In this document: in pieces, positions 37,973 to 48,261 of the stretch | Layout of the letters: every line of letters starts with the position of its first letter | Position numbering within the stretch: position 1 is the first letter of the stretch | NCBI GenBank assembly: GCA_050945495.1 | Contig: JBMNTA010000005.1 | Coordinates: 19,290-83,289, forward strand | Origin: Saccharofermentanales bacterium | GTDB taxonomy: Bacteria > Bacillota > Clostridia > Saccharofermentanales > DTU023 | Length of the DNA stretch: 64,000 nt | Direction: 5' to 3' | The notes under the pieces: generated by a model | Databases searched by the model: none | Told to the model about the DNA's origin: nothing | What the model saw: only the letters and a program-made list of their open reading frames with translations | Program-made: the position numbers and the translations under genes

Positions 37973-39127
37973 TTACGGCTGCATCGAATCGCGCAGCGCC
38001 TCGACGGCTTTCTCGGTGTCACCGATCGCGGACGGAACGGTGATCTTGCCTTCGCGAATGTCTTTTTCCGCGAGCAGGACCAAATCTTGGACCTCTTGCG
38101 GCGCGATCTTCTTGAAGTTCTTGTCGGTCACGATGCCGACGCCGCCTTCGAGCAATCCGAGGTTGACTTCTTTACCCCAGTAGGTGCGGCCGGCGTCCCA
38201 CTCGTCGAAGAACCAAATCAGCGAATCGCCGATGTTCTTCAAGCCGGACGTCAAGGTGATCGCCGCGAGCTCATCCGACAGGGTGAGTTCTTGGTCGGAG
38301 TCAACGCCGATGAACCAGGCTTTGCCCGTCTCGAGCGCCGCTTCCGCGCCGCCGTTGCCGGACAGGCCGGCCACGCCCCAGATGATGTCCGCGCCGTTGT
38401 CTTTGATCATCGACAGGCCCATCTCTTTGGCCGTCGCCGTGTCGGCGTAGCTGTTGACGTAACGGGTGTCGACTTTGACGTCAGGGTCGGTCGCTTTCGC
38501 GCCCTCGAGGAAGCCGAACAGGAAGTCGTTGATGACCGGGCTGTCGATGCCGCCGATAAAGCCGATGACCTTTTCGTCGTTGATGTTGTCGACATCGGTG
38601 CGCGTCGTCATCGCCGCCGCGAAAACACCGATGAGGTAGCCCATGTCGTTCTGCTTGAAGCTCATGTTGACGACGTTGTCGTTCTCACCGACGTAGGTCG
38701 TGTCGTCGTAGATCACGAACTTCTGATCGGGGTTGGCCGTCGCGGCCTCTTTGAGGTAATCGGGCATCTGATACGTGCCGCAAACGATGAGGTCATACGT
38801 GCCCTCCGCGGCGACGTCGTTGATGGTCTGCTGCCAACGCGGTTGGTCGGCGTCGGTCGCGCCCATCTCAATGTACTTGTACTCGATGCGGCCGTCATCG
38901 GCGAGCTTCTGCAGACCGGCGTGTGCCGAGTCGAAGAACGACTTGTCGCCCAAGTTACCGTTGATCAAGTGCACCACTTTGTAAACTTTTTTGTCGGGAT
39001 CCGAGGGTTCATTTTGATCCTCGGTCTTCACGGGGTCGTCCGTGTTCGGCTTATCCGTCTCCGGACCGCACGCCACCAGCGTCAACGCCAGAACGGCGAC
39101 GAGCAAGAATGCGAGTAGTTTTTTCAT
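37973..39127 (-). CDS. BMP family nucleoside-binding lipoprotein
   Basis: Lipobox LVAC, LGDKSFFDSA, IGFIGG, IGVDSDQ. Confidence 0.93.
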   Translation of the reverse strand: MKKLLAFLLVAVLALTLVACGPETDKPNTDDPVKTEDQNEPSDPDKKVYKVVHLINGNLGDKSFFDSAHAGLQKLADDGRIEYKYIEMGATDADQPRWQQTINDVAAEGTYDLIVCGTYQMPDYLKEAATANPDQKFVIYDDTTYVGENDNVVNMSFKQNDMGYLIGVFAAAMTTRTDVDNINDEKVIGFIGGIDSPVINDFLFGFLEGAKATDPDVKVDTRYVNSYADTATAKEMGLSMIKDNGADIIWGVAGLSGNGGAEAALETGKAWFIGVDSDQELTLSDELAAITLTSGLKNIGDSLIWFFDEWDAGRTYWGKEVNLGLLEGGVGIVTDKNFKKIAPQEVQDLVLLAEKDIREGKITVPSAIGDTEKAVEALRDSMQP

Positions 39128-39255
39128 CTTTTCTTCTCCTAAATGTTGATTGATGACCGCGTTCGGCCACGCCGAACGGGTGCATGTCGGTTGGTCGTCG
39201 CTCCATCTATGTGAGGTACACAAAATGTACAACGACGACACAAACATTTAATTAT

Positions 39256-39284
39256 ATTTTAACGATTGGGTTGTCGTAAGTCAA
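39256..39284 (-). promoter_or_regulatory. SigA-type promoter of BMP gene
   Basis: TTGACT-N17-TAAAAT. Confidence 0.75.
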
Positions 39285-39357
39285 TGAAACCGCCGACCAA
39301 ACGGGGCATGACCGAGGCCCCCGCGATTGTCCCAAGAGTACAAATCAGAGGGCGCCG

Positions 39358-40479
39358 TCAAGGGATGTAACGCTTGACGGACAACAACAAAGCGGCCTGG
39401 GCTTCGTACGTTTCCGAGTCGAGATCGATCACGTGCAGGGTCGTTTGATCAAAGGTCGCCATCAACAATTGGTTGTCCGCGACGCGCATGCCGACCGCAT
39501 CAACCCGCGTGCGATCGCCCGGTCGGTGGAAATAATAGACGTCCCCTTCGCGGGCTTCGGACGCCCTGATGTCCTCCCCCATGCGCATCAGGGCGGCACG
39601 GTCGCGCGGCAGCGACAGACCGTGCAAACGCCCCGCCACATGCAGGGCGCCTTCGGGACTGATGCCGCGGACGGTCGCTCCGCCCGGCACCCACGGACAA
39701 TCGACGAAGGCCATGAGCGTCGAGGCAAACGACGCCGCCGCATCGTCTTCCGGCACGACGGACGCCTCGGGCGGCAGGATCAAGACCCCCGAGACATTGA
39801 TCCATCCCGTCTCGCCCTTCGGCAAGCGCAGACGCAAAAGATCGCCGCGTCGATAATCGGCATACATGACGCTCCCCATCGGGGCCTCCACCATGACGTA
39901 CCCGCGCCGCGCATCGCTCATGACGCGTTTGGATGCCGTGCGGACGATCACGCGGGCGACGGTCCCCTCGGGCGACACCGAGCGCGTGTCGGCCGACGCC
40001 GCCTCGCGGCGGATGTACCCGCGGACGCCGTCGCTCAATCGAACGCCCAAGAAGATGCGGTCGCGCGCGTCGATGATGTCCACGCGTTCGTTGAACAAGG
40101 CTTCGGCCCGTCGCTCGGAGCGCGGATCCGGCGACGCAAACACCGGGGTCGACGCGACCGTGACAACGGCGGCGTTCTCGTCCGCCGGCGGCACGCGGTG
40201 GGACGGACGCTCGACGCCCGACGGATCGGGCACGACCACCCGCGGGTCGCGATCGATCAGACGCGGCAAAATCACGAACAGGCCGACCATCAATAAAGCG
40301 AAGACCGCGATCGCCACCGTCCACGGCGGAATGCGTCGCTTCTTGTGTCCAACGTAGACGGGGCGCCGTTTCACATCGCCGTCGGACCAAGCGCTCGGTC
40401 CCGACGTCGAGGGAATCCCGCGATCGATGGGAATCTTCGGTTCGGATTTGGGCGGGTTGTCGGACGTGCGATCGGTCAT
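39358..40479 (-). CDS. Membrane-anchored SH3 + degenerate NlpC/P60-like protein
   Basis: TM helix, two SH3b-like repeats, PWVPGG..GISPEG where active enzymes have PYxWGG..GxDCSG. Confidence 0.6.
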   Translation of the reverse strand: MTDRTSDNPPKSEPKIPIDRGIPSTSGPSAWSDGDVKRRPVYVGHKKRRIPPWTVAIAVFALLMVGLFVILPRLIDRDPRVVVPDPSGVERPSHRVPPADENAAVVTVASTPVFASPDPRSERRAEALFNERVDIIDARDRIFLGVRLSDGVRGYIRREAASADTRSVSPEGTVARVIVRTASKRVMSDARRGYVMVEAPMGSVMYADYRRGDLLRLRLPKGETGWINVSGVLILPPEASVVPEDDAAASFASTLMAFVDCPWVPGGATVRGISPEGALHVAGRLHGLSLPRDRAALMRMGEDIRASEAREGDVYYFHRPGDRTRVDAVGMRVADNQLLMATFDQTTLHVIDLDSETYEAQAALLLSVKRYIP

Positions 40480-40853
40480 GATTCAACCTCGCGCTCCATC
40501 ACGCAAAAGGCCACGGCAAACGCACGTTCGTGGGACACGCTGAGGGCGATGGCGCCCCCACCCATGGCGCGTCGACGCACGTCGGCCGCCCCGTGCAAAC
40601 GCACGATCGGACGTCCGGCGTCATCGGCGAGAATCTCGATGTCGCGCCATCCGATGCCGGCGCGCGCAATCCCCGTGCCGAGGGCCTTGGCAACGGCTTC
40701 TTTGGCGGCGAACCGCCCGGCGAGCCGCACGGGATCGTGACCGCACAGATCGGCCTCGCGATCCGTGAACACGCGCTCGATGAAGCGCGCTCCGTGGCGC
40801 TCCAAGACCTCGCGCATGCGGTCAATCTCCAGGATGTCGACGCCCGTCCACAT
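40476..40853 (-). CDS. acpS: Holo-ACP synthase
   Basis: GVDI, AGRFAAKEAVAKALGTG, SVSH. Confidence 0.95.
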   Translation of the reverse strand: MWTGVDILEIDRMREVLERHGARFIERVFTDREADLCGHDPVRLAGRFAAKEAVAKALGTGIARAGIGWRDIEILADDAGRPIVRLHGAADVRRRAMGGGAIALSVSHERAFAVAFCVMEREVES

Positions 40854-40863
40854 GGCCGCCGCC

Positions 40864-41868
40864 TCAATCGTTGTGCTTCGAACGAAGTCGCACGTCGTCG
40901 CCCGGGAAACGGTACATCAAGAACAATCCGTTCAGGCGGCTCGACATGCGGCGATCGTATTGGCGTTGAAGATCGTTCGGCGAAAGGTTGGACGCGATGA
41001 GGGTGGCACGGCCGTCGTTGTGGCGTCGATCGATGATCCCCAACAGCCCGGCATACGCATCCTGCGTGGCGGGCTCCGTGCCGAGGTCGTCGATCAAAAG
41101 CGCGTCCCACGTGAGCAGCGCATCGTACATCATCGCCGTCTCTTCGTAGAGGTCCGGGTCGGGACGGTAAGCCGTCTGTTGGCGCCGATAGCGCGTGATC
41201 ATGTCCATCAAATTGGGCGCCGTGACGTAAATGACGGAAAACCCGCGCGCCATGAGCGCGTGGCCGATGCATTGCATCAAAAACGTTTTGCCGGTGCCCG
41301 GCTGCCCCGAAAAGAATAAATTCCGATCGAGCAAATCGCGGAAATTGGCCGTGTATCGCTCGGCCATGCGCAGATGGCTCGCCATGACGTCGCGGACGGT
41401 GACCTCTGATCGCTCCGAGACGGGCGTGCGCGCAAACAAGTTGAGGTTGTACCGCTCAAAGGTCGCGTCCTCGGCCATCGCATCGGGAAAATAGCGGGGC
41501 AAAATCGACCGGACCAACGCGCGTCGACAATAGCACCAGTCGTTGCCCACACGGCCCGTGTCGCCGCAGGCGCGACATTGATACACCGGTTCGTCGTAGC
41601 CGTCGCAAATCCCGTGCGCCGCGAGGTAGTCGGCGCGCTCGCGCTCGACCCGATCCAGGGCCTCCGTCGCCTCGGCCTCGTTGCCGTCGAGGACGGCCTC
41701 CAGACGGGCCAATCCCGCGTCGAGAACGGCGCGATCGAGCGCTTCGAGTTGCGGATGGGTCCGATACAACATGGCGACGCGACGGTCGCGGAGCGCGTGG
41801 GCGCGATGACGACGCCGCTCATAGATGCGCACCATTTCCCCGTTGATTTTTTGTGCCAAACTTGCCAT
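40864..41868 (-). CDS. DnaC/DnaI-like AAA+ ATPase (helicase loader)
   Basis: CRACGDTG..C.C zinc knuckle, GQPGTGKT, LLIDDLGTE, SRL. Confidence 0.85.
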   Translation of the reverse strand: MASLAQKINGEMVRIYERRRHRAHALRDRRVAMLYRTHPQLEALDRAVLDAGLARLEAVLDGNEAEATEALDRVERERADYLAAHGICDGYDEPVYQCRACGDTGRVGNDWCYCRRALVRSILPRYFPDAMAEDATFERYNLNLFARTPVSERSEVTVRDVMASHLRMAERYTANFRDLLDRNLFFSGQPGTGKTFLMQCIGHALMARGFSVIYVTAPNLMDMITRYRRQQTAYRPDPDLYEETAMMYDALLTWDALLIDDLGTEPATQDAYAGLLGIIDRRHNDGRATLIASNLSPNDLQRQYDRRMSSRLNGLFLMYRFPGDDVRLRSKHND

Positions 41869-41874
41869 GTCGCT

Positions 41875-42885
41875 TTACCTGGACGCCACGTCGTCTTCGT
41901 CCGACTTCAAGCGCGGCATGTCGGTGTCAAAGAGTTCGTCGTCCCAATCGATGTCCTCCTCGGCCGAGAAGTTGTCGCGATTGTCGCGGCCCCCCGACGC
42001 CTTGCCGGTGCGTTTCCACTTGGCGTAAGCGGCCTGTTCGTGGGCCTTGATGGCCTCGAGATCTTGCAACCCCTCCTTGTGCCATCCGGTCAAAATCGCG
42101 CCGACGTAGCGGACCGACGGATTCGCGGCGGACGTAGTTTTGCTCAGGGCGAAATCGATGACGGATTTGTCGTAGCCGTAATCGTCGACCCAGCGTTCGA
42201 CTTCTTTGAGATCGTAAGCGGTCAGCTTGCGGCGCAACGTTTTGGCCACGTGCGCCTTGATGTCGTTCGTCGCCATGAAACGCTCGTAATACACCGTCAG
42301 CTGCGCGTATGTCTTCACCCCGGCCGCCGCCCAGTTCTCGGCAATCCCCATCGCGTAGCCCGGACCGTCCAGTTTGTTTTTGTTGGCCGCTTCCTGAAAG
42401 ACGGCGTAGACGACGTCCGGCTCGAAGCCGTAGGCCACAAACCAGCGATCGATGGCATCGTACCAATCGAGCGTCATCAGCCCTTGGAAAAACGTCATGC
42501 GGATCGTGTCGACGACGTCCAAACGCGCTTTTTCGTCGTGATCGCGGGCCACGATGTCGGTCGGCCGCGACGACGTGATGGGGCGATACCGTTTGTGGAT
42601 CTCCTGCATCTTCACGTCGTTGACGGCGATCTGTCGCTCCCCCAACGTGATGAGCTCGCGCTTCACCAATTCGACCAATGCATCATCCACGGCGGCCTCC
42701 GAGATCCCCAGCCGATCGGCGAGGTCCGCGCGCGTCGCCTCACGCGCGCCGTGGTGCGCGACGCTTTTCAAAAACAGGTAGCATTTGACGGCTTGGCCGC
42801 TCAGGCGCGGCATCACGTCTTGAATGAACACATCGGGAATCGGCGTGTCGCCGAGCAAGATCGTTTGATGATCTTCAACGCGCAT
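41875..42885 (-). CDS. DnaD domain replication protein
   Basis: N-terminal wHTH and two DnaD repeats (Y..GIAENW..GVKT; YVGAILTGW..GL). Confidence 0.85.
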   Translation of the reverse strand: MRVEDHQTILLGDTPIPDVFIQDVMPRLSGQAVKCYLFLKSVAHHGAREATRADLADRLGISEAAVDDALVELVKRELITLGERQIAVNDVKMQEIHKRYRPITSSRPTDIVARDHDEKARLDVVDTIRMTFFQGLMTLDWYDAIDRWFVAYGFEPDVVYAVFQEAANKNKLDGPGYAMGIAENWAAAGVKTYAQLTVYYERFMATNDIKAHVAKTLRRKLTAYDLKEVERWVDDYGYDKSVIDFALSKTTSAANPSVRYVGAILTGWHKEGLQDLEAIKAHEQAAYAKWKRTGKASGGRDNRDNFSAEEDIDWDDELFDTDMPRLKSDEDDVASR

Positions 42886-42967
42886 GGAGGCCTCCTCTCT
42901 CGATCGCGGCGGATGGACTTTTATCTTATCAAATCGGCCGACGCGTTGGCTAACGTTTTTGTCCAAC

Positions 42968-42998
42968 GGAAAGGGAACCGACGCGCGGTTCCCTTTCC
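42968..42998 (-). terminator. Hairpin/terminator after nifJ
   Basis: GGAAAGGGAACCG...CGGTTCCCTTTCC perfect inverted repeat. Confidence 0.7.
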
Positions 42999-43041
42999 AT
43001 AACGTATCGGCGATGTGCCGTGGACGTTCCGGTTCGAAACG

Positions 43042-46000
43042 TTACTTCCCTTCGGCCAGTTTGACGTAGCCTTGATAGCGCTCTTCCGCCGCTTCGCGCG
43101 CACGGGCGAAAATCTCTTCGACTTTCTCCGGCGGGTACTTCTTGTACAGCGACGTGTAGCGGACCTCACGCTCCAAGAACTCGGTGTAGTCGCGTTTCGG
43201 CGGCTTCGAGTCGAGCGAGAAGGGATTCTTGTCGCCGTCTTCTTGGAGGACGGCGGGGTTGTAACGCCACAGATGCCAGTAACCGGTCTCGACGGCGTCT
43301 TTCTCACGGATCTGCGACTGCGTCAAGCCGCCGCGGATGCCGTGGTTGATGCACGGCGCGTAGGCGATGACGATCGAAGGACCGTTCCACGCTTCGGCTT
43401 CGCGCAAGGCGCGGAGCGTATGGGCTTGGTTGGCGCCCATGGCGATCTGCGCGACGTACACGTATCCGTACGTCATGGCCATGCGGCCCAGGTCTTTCTT
43501 CTTCAGCGCCTTGCCGCCGGACGCGAATTGCGCCACGGCGCCGAGCTGCGTCGCCTTCGAGGCTTGACCGCCCGTGTTCGAGTACACCTCGGTGTCGAGG
43601 ACGAGCACGTTGACATCTTCGCCCGACGCGAGGACATGGTCCAACCCGCCGTAATCGATGTCGTACGCCCAGCCGTCGCCGCCGACGATCCACGTCGAGC
43701 GCAGCATGACGTAGTCCTTGAGCTCCAAGATATGCGCTTTCAACGCTTGGGCTTCCCCGGTGAGGTCGGCCGCTTCCAGCGCCTCGAGGTAAGCGTCCGC
43801 GATCGCGCGGGCATCCGCTTTCTCGTCTTTCCGCTCCAGCCATTCGGCCGTCGCGTCGGCGAGTTCGGTCGGGATGTCGTCGCGGTCGCCGAGCGCCCGG
43901 ATGGCTTCGGTCGCGCGTTCGCGCAGTTGCTTGACGCCCATATGCATGCCGAGGCCGTATTCGGCGTTGTCCTCAAAGAGCGAGTTCGCCCAGGAGGGGC
44001 CGTGGCCGCAGTGGTTCGTGCAGTAAGGCATCGACGGCGCCGAACCGCCCCAGATGGAGGAGCAGCCCGTGGCGTTCGCAATCATCATGCGATCGCCGAA
44101 CAGTTGCGTGGCGAGCTTGACGTACGGCGTCTCGCCGCAGCCGGCGCAGGCGCCCGAGAACTCGAGCAACGGTTTTTCAAACTGACTGCCCTTGACCGAT
44201 TTCGTGTTCATCGGATTGGGCTTCGGCTTAAGCGACATGGCGAATTCCCAGTTGTCGGCTTCGACCAAGTGATCCTCCAAGGGCTCCATGACGAGCGCTT
44301 TTTCCTTGGCGGGGCACACTTGCGCACACGAACCGCAGCCGGTGCAGTCGAGCGCGGACATTTGAATGCGGAATTCGTATGCTTCGTACGGACGGCTGCC
44401 GGGGATCGTCTCGAACGTCGCCGGTTTCTCGGCGCTCTCTTCCTTCGAGACGAGGAACGGACGGATGACCGCGTGCGGGCAAACGAGCGAGCATTGGTTG
44501 CACTGGATGCAGTTGTCGGGAATCCAAGTCGGGATGTTCACGGCGATGCCGCGTTTTTCGTATTGGGACGTTCCCTGGGGCATCGTGCCGTCCACATGAT
44601 CCATGAAGACCGAGACGGGCAACGTGTCGCCCTTTTGGCGGTTCATGACATCGGCGATGTTCAAGACGAAGTCGGGCGCGTCGCGCAATTCGACGGGCTC
44701 ATCTTCGAGATCTTTCCATGCCGCGGGCACGTCGACTTTTTTGACTTCGGCGATGCCGGCGTCGACGGCGCGGTAGTTCATGTTGACGATGTCTTCGCCC
44801 TTGTGTCCGTAGGAGCGCACGATCGCGTCCTTCATGTGTTGGACGGCTTCGTCGACCGGAATGACTTCCGTGATCTTGAAGAACGCGGCTTGGCAGATCG
44901 TGTTGATGCGGCTGCCGAGGCCGATCTCTTGCGCCAGACCGACGGCGTCAATGGTGTAGAAATCGATGTCGTTTTCCGCCAAATAACGCTTGATGTGATT
45001 CGGCAGGAACGCTTCCAAATCCTCACCGTGATGCGACGTGTTCAAGAGGAACTTGCCGCCCTTTTTCAGGACACGGAGCATGTCGTATTGGTGCAGGTAG
45101 GCCTGGTTGTGACAGGCGACGAAGTCGGCGCTGTCGACCAGGTAAGGCGCTTTGATCGGCGTGTGGCCGAAGCGCAGGTCCGAAATGGTGACGCCGCCCG
45201 ACTTCTTCGAGTCGTACGAGAAGTAGGCTTGCGCGTACATGTCGGTGTTGTCGCCGATGATCTTGATCGAGTTCTTGTTGGCCCCGACCGTTCCGTCGGA
45301 ACCGAGGCCCCAGAAGCGGGCCGCGATCGTGCCTTCCGGCGCCACTTGCAAGGGCTCGCCGAGCGGCAGCGACAAATGCGTGACGTCGTCCTCAATGCCG
45401 ATGGTGAAGCGCGGCTTCAGATCGCCCGCAAGCATCGTGAAGACGGCGTTGATCTGCGTGGGCGTCGTGTCTTTCGAGCCGAGGCCGTAACGACCGCCGA
45501 CGATCTCGATGTCGCGGCCGGCCGCCGAGACGGCGGACACCACATCCAAGAACAGGGGCTCGCCTTGCGCGCCCGGTTCTTTCGTGCGATCCAAGACCGC
45601 GATGCGGCGGACGCTCTTCGGAATGGCTTCCAAGAGACGATCGGCGCAGAACGGACGATACAGGAACACGTGGATGACGCCGACTTTGCGGCCGTGCGCG
45701 TTCAGGTAATCGACCGTTTCGCAAACGGTATCGAACACGGATCCCATGCAGACGATGATCTCTTCCGCATCGGGAGCGCCGTGGTAGACGAACGGTTTAT
45801 ACGTGCGTCCCGTCAAGCGGCTGATGTCGTCCATGTATTTTTCGACGATCTCGGGCAGCGCGTTGTAGTACGTGTTGGACGCCTCTTTTTCTTGGAAGAA
45901 AATGTCCGGGTTTTGGGCGGAACCGCGCAGCACCGGACGGTTCGGCGACAGACCGCGTTCGCGGAATGCGCGAACGGCATCCATATCGACCAGATCGACG

Positions 46001-46578
46001 AGGTCCTCGTAATCGAGTTGTTCGATTTTTTGAATTTCATGCGAGGTCCGGAAGCCGTCGAAGAAGTGCACGAACGGCACCCGGCCTTTGATCGCGGATA
46101 AGTGCGCCACCACGCCCATGTCCATCGCGGACTGGACGCTCGGCGAAGCGAGCAGCGCAAACCCGGTTTGGCGCGCCGCCATGACGTCGCTGTGATCTCC
46201 GAAGATCGACAAGGCGTGCCCCGCGACCGCACGTGCGGAGACGTGGAAAACGGCCGGCAACAATTCGCCCGCCATTTTATACATGTTCGGAACCATCAAG
46301 AGCAGACCTTGCGACGCCGTGTATGTGGTCGTCAAGGCGCCGGTCGCCAGCGATCCGTGGACAAAGCCGGCCGCGCCGCCTTCCGCCTGCATCTCGATCA
46401 CGCGAACGGTTTGTCCGAAGATGTTTTTGCGCCCCTTTTGCGCCCATTGGTCCACCATGTCCGCCATCGGAGACGACGGGGTGATGGGATAGATGCCGGC
46501 AACTTCCGTGAACGCGTACGATGCGTACGCCGCCGCGGTATTACCGTCCATCGTTACGAATGTCTTTTCTTTTGCCAT
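43042..46578 (-). CDS. nifJ: Pyruvate:ferredoxin/flavodoxin oxidoreductase
   Basis: YPITPS, two 4Fe-4S motifs, FSGACAGCGE, GGDGWAYDI, YSNTGGQ. Confidence 0.97.
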   Translation of the reverse strand: MAKEKTFVTMDGNTAAAYASYAFTEVAGIYPITPSSPMADMVDQWAQKGRKNIFGQTVRVIEMQAEGGAAGFVHGSLATGALTTTYTASQGLLLMVPNMYKMAGELLPAVFHVSARAVAGHALSIFGDHSDVMAARQTGFALLASPSVQSAMDMGVVAHLSAIKGRVPFVHFFDGFRTSHEIQKIEQLDYEDLVDLVDMDAVRAFRERGLSPNRPVLRGSAQNPDIFFQEKEASNTYYNALPEIVEKYMDDISRLTGRTYKPFVYHGAPDAEEIIVCMGSVFDTVCETVDYLNAHGRKVGVIHVFLYRPFCADRLLEAIPKSVRRIAVLDRTKEPGAQGEPLFLDVVSAVSAAGRDIEIVGGRYGLGSKDTTPTQINAVFTMLAGDLKPRFTIGIEDDVTHLSLPLGEPLQVAPEGTIAARFWGLGSDGTVGANKNSIKIIGDNTDMYAQAYFSYDSKKSGGVTISDLRFGHTPIKAPYLVDSADFVACHNQAYLHQYDMLRVLKKGGKFLLNTSHHGEDLEAFLPNHIKRYLAENDIDFYTIDAVGLAQEIGLGSRINTICQAAFFKITEVIPVDEAVQHMKDAIVRSYGHKGEDIVNMNYRAVDAGIAEVKKVDVPAAWKDLEDEPVELRDAPDFVLNIADVMNRQKGDTLPVSVFMDHVDGTMPQGTSQYEKRGIAVNIPTWIPDNCIQCNQCSLVCPHAVIRPFLVSKEESAEKPATFETIPGSRPYEAYEFRIQMSALDCTGCGSCAQVCPAKEKALVMEPLEDHLVEADNWEFAMSLKPKPNPMNTKSVKGSQFEKPLLEFSGACAGCGETPYVKLATQLFGDRMMIANATGCSSIWGGSAPSMPYCTNHCGHGPSWANSLFEDNAEYGLGMHMGVKQLRERATEAIRALGDRDDIPTELADATAEWLERKDEKADARAIADAYLEALEAADLTGEAQALKAHILELKDYVMLRSTWIVGGDGWAYDIDYGGLDHVLASGEDVNVLVLDTEVYSNTGGQASKATQLGAVAQFASGGKALKKKDLGRMAMTYGYVYVAQIAMGANQAHTLRALREAEAWNGPSIVIAYAPCINHGIRGGLTQSQIREKDAVETGYWHLWRYNPAVLQEDGDKNPFSLDSKPPKRDYTEFLEREVRYTSLYKKYPPEKVEEIFARAREAAEERYQGYVKLAEGK

Positions 46579-46683
46579 AGTTACCCCCCTAGTAATTACG
46601 GTGCGAAGCCCGCACCCGAAACATTATAACATGACGGCGCCCGATCGGACCGACGGGCGCCGGCGTTCAACCCTTTCGAAACG

Positions 46684-48258
46684 TCATGCTTCGGCGCGGT
46701 GCCAAAGCGAGTGACCCGTCATCTCGTTCGAGGGCGAAATCCCGAGAATATCGAGCATCGTCGGCGCGATGTCGGCCAGACGCCCGTCCTCGAGCGACCC
46801 GTCCTTCAAGCCGCAGCCGATGAGCCACACGGGATTCGTCGTATGGGCGGTAAAAGCGCCGCCGTGAACGCGATCGATCATCTGCTCAAGGTTGCCGTGA
46901 TCGGCGGTGATCAAGGCGACGCCCCCGCGATCCAAAATCTCGGGGACGATCTCGGACAGACAACGGTCCACCGTTTCCATCGCGCGGACGGCGGCGTCAA
47001 AGACGCCCGTATGCCCGACCATGTCGCCGTTGGCATAGTTCAAAATGATGACGTCGACGGGATCGTTGCGCATGATGTCGAGCAAGCGCTCCGTGACCTT
47101 CGGCGCACTCATCTCCGGTTGGAGGTCGTACGTCGACACGTCGGGCGACGGCACGAGCTCCCGCGATTCATGCGCGTACGGCGTCTCGCGTCCCCCGTTG
47201 AAAAAGAAGGTAACGTGCGCGTACTTCTCCGTCTCGGCGATCCGCAATTGTGTGACGCCCGCATCGGCGAGGATCTCGCCGATCGTGCCCGTGATGTCCT
47301 CGGGCGGGTACGCCACGGCCAAGTTCGGGAATGCGTTGAAATCGGCCATGTATTCCGTCATGCAGACGTACGTCAGGCCGAACGGCGTGTGTTTCACCGG
47401 GAATCGATCGAAGCCCGGCTCGCAGAGCGCACGCGTCATCTCGCGCGCCCGATCGGGTCGGAAATTGAAGAAAATGAAGCTGTCGCCGGGGCAGACGGGG
47501 CCCACGGGATCGCCGTGTTCGTCGACGACCACGACGGGCACGATGAATTCATCGGTGACGCCCTCGGCGTACGACGCGCGCACCGCCGCCACGGGGTCCG
47601 TCGTCGTCTCGCCCTCAAAGCCGTCGGCCGTCAAGGCCCGGTAGGCGAGCTCGACGCGATCCCAGCGGTTGTCGCGATCCATCGCGTAGTAGCGCCCGGA
47701 CAACGTCGCGATCTTGCCGAGCCCGACCGATGCGCAATGATCGATCAAGGTCTTGAGATAGCCGGCACCCGATTCGGGCGGCGTGTCGCGACCGTCGAAG
47801 AACGCGTGAATGTAGACCCGCTCGACGCCCAAGCGTTTCGCGAGGTCGACCAGGGCCATGGTATGGGTGATGTGGCTGTGCACGCCGCCGTCGGAGAGCA
47901 GCCCCGCCAAGTGGAGCGCCGCGCCCGTGTCGCGGGCGTGCTCCATGGCGTGCACCAGCGCTTCGTTCTCAAAAAACGACCCGTCGTCGATCGCATTGCT
48001 GATGCGCAAGAGATCTTGGTAGACGACGCGACCGGCGCCGATGTTCGTGTGTCCGACTTCGGAGTTGCCCATCTGTCCGTCGGGCAAACCGACGTCGCGT
48101 CCGCTCGTTTTGATTTGACTTTTCGGCCAACGGGCCATGAGGTCATCGAGGAACGGCGTCGATGCGGCCATCGCGGCGTTCCCCTCGACTTCTTCGGAGA
48201 TGCCCCACCCGTCCAGAATGATCAGGGCGAGGGGGCCCGTAAGTTGTTTGTCTGCCAT
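46684..48258 (-). CDS. gpmI: 2,3-BPG-independent phosphoglycerate mutase
   Basis: ILDGWG, MGNSEVGH, AETEKYAHVTFFFNGG, DMVGHTG, TADHGN. Confidence 0.97.
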   Translation of the reverse strand: MADKQLTGPLALIILDGWGISEEVEGNAAMAASTPFLDDLMARWPKSQIKTSGRDVGLPDGQMGNSEVGHTNIGAGRVVYQDLLRISNAIDDGSFFENEALVHAMEHARDTGAALHLAGLLSDGGVHSHITHTMALVDLAKRLGVERVYIHAFFDGRDTPPESGAGYLKTLIDHCASVGLGKIATLSGRYYAMDRDNRWDRVELAYRALTADGFEGETTTDPVAAVRASYAEGVTDEFIVPVVVVDEHGDPVGPVCPGDSFIFFNFRPDRAREMTRALCEPGFDRFPVKHTPFGLTYVCMTEYMADFNAFPNLAVAYPPEDITGTIGEILADAGVTQLRIAETEKYAHVTFFFNGGRETPYAHESRELVPSPDVSTYDLQPEMSAPKVTERLLDIMRNDPVDVIILNYANGDMVGHTGVFDAAVRAMETVDRCLSEIVPEILDRGGVALITADHGNLEQMIDRVHGGAFTAHTTNPVWLIGCGLKDGSLEDGRLADIAPTMLDILGISPSNEMTGHSLWHRAEA

Positions 48259-48261
48259 CGT

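Noticed and set aside
40864-42885. DnaD + DnaC/IstB-like ATPase as a prophage or IS21 module
   Set aside because: No integrase, transposase, phage structural genes or terminal repeats; flanked by acpS and nifJ, consistent with chromosomal replication genes
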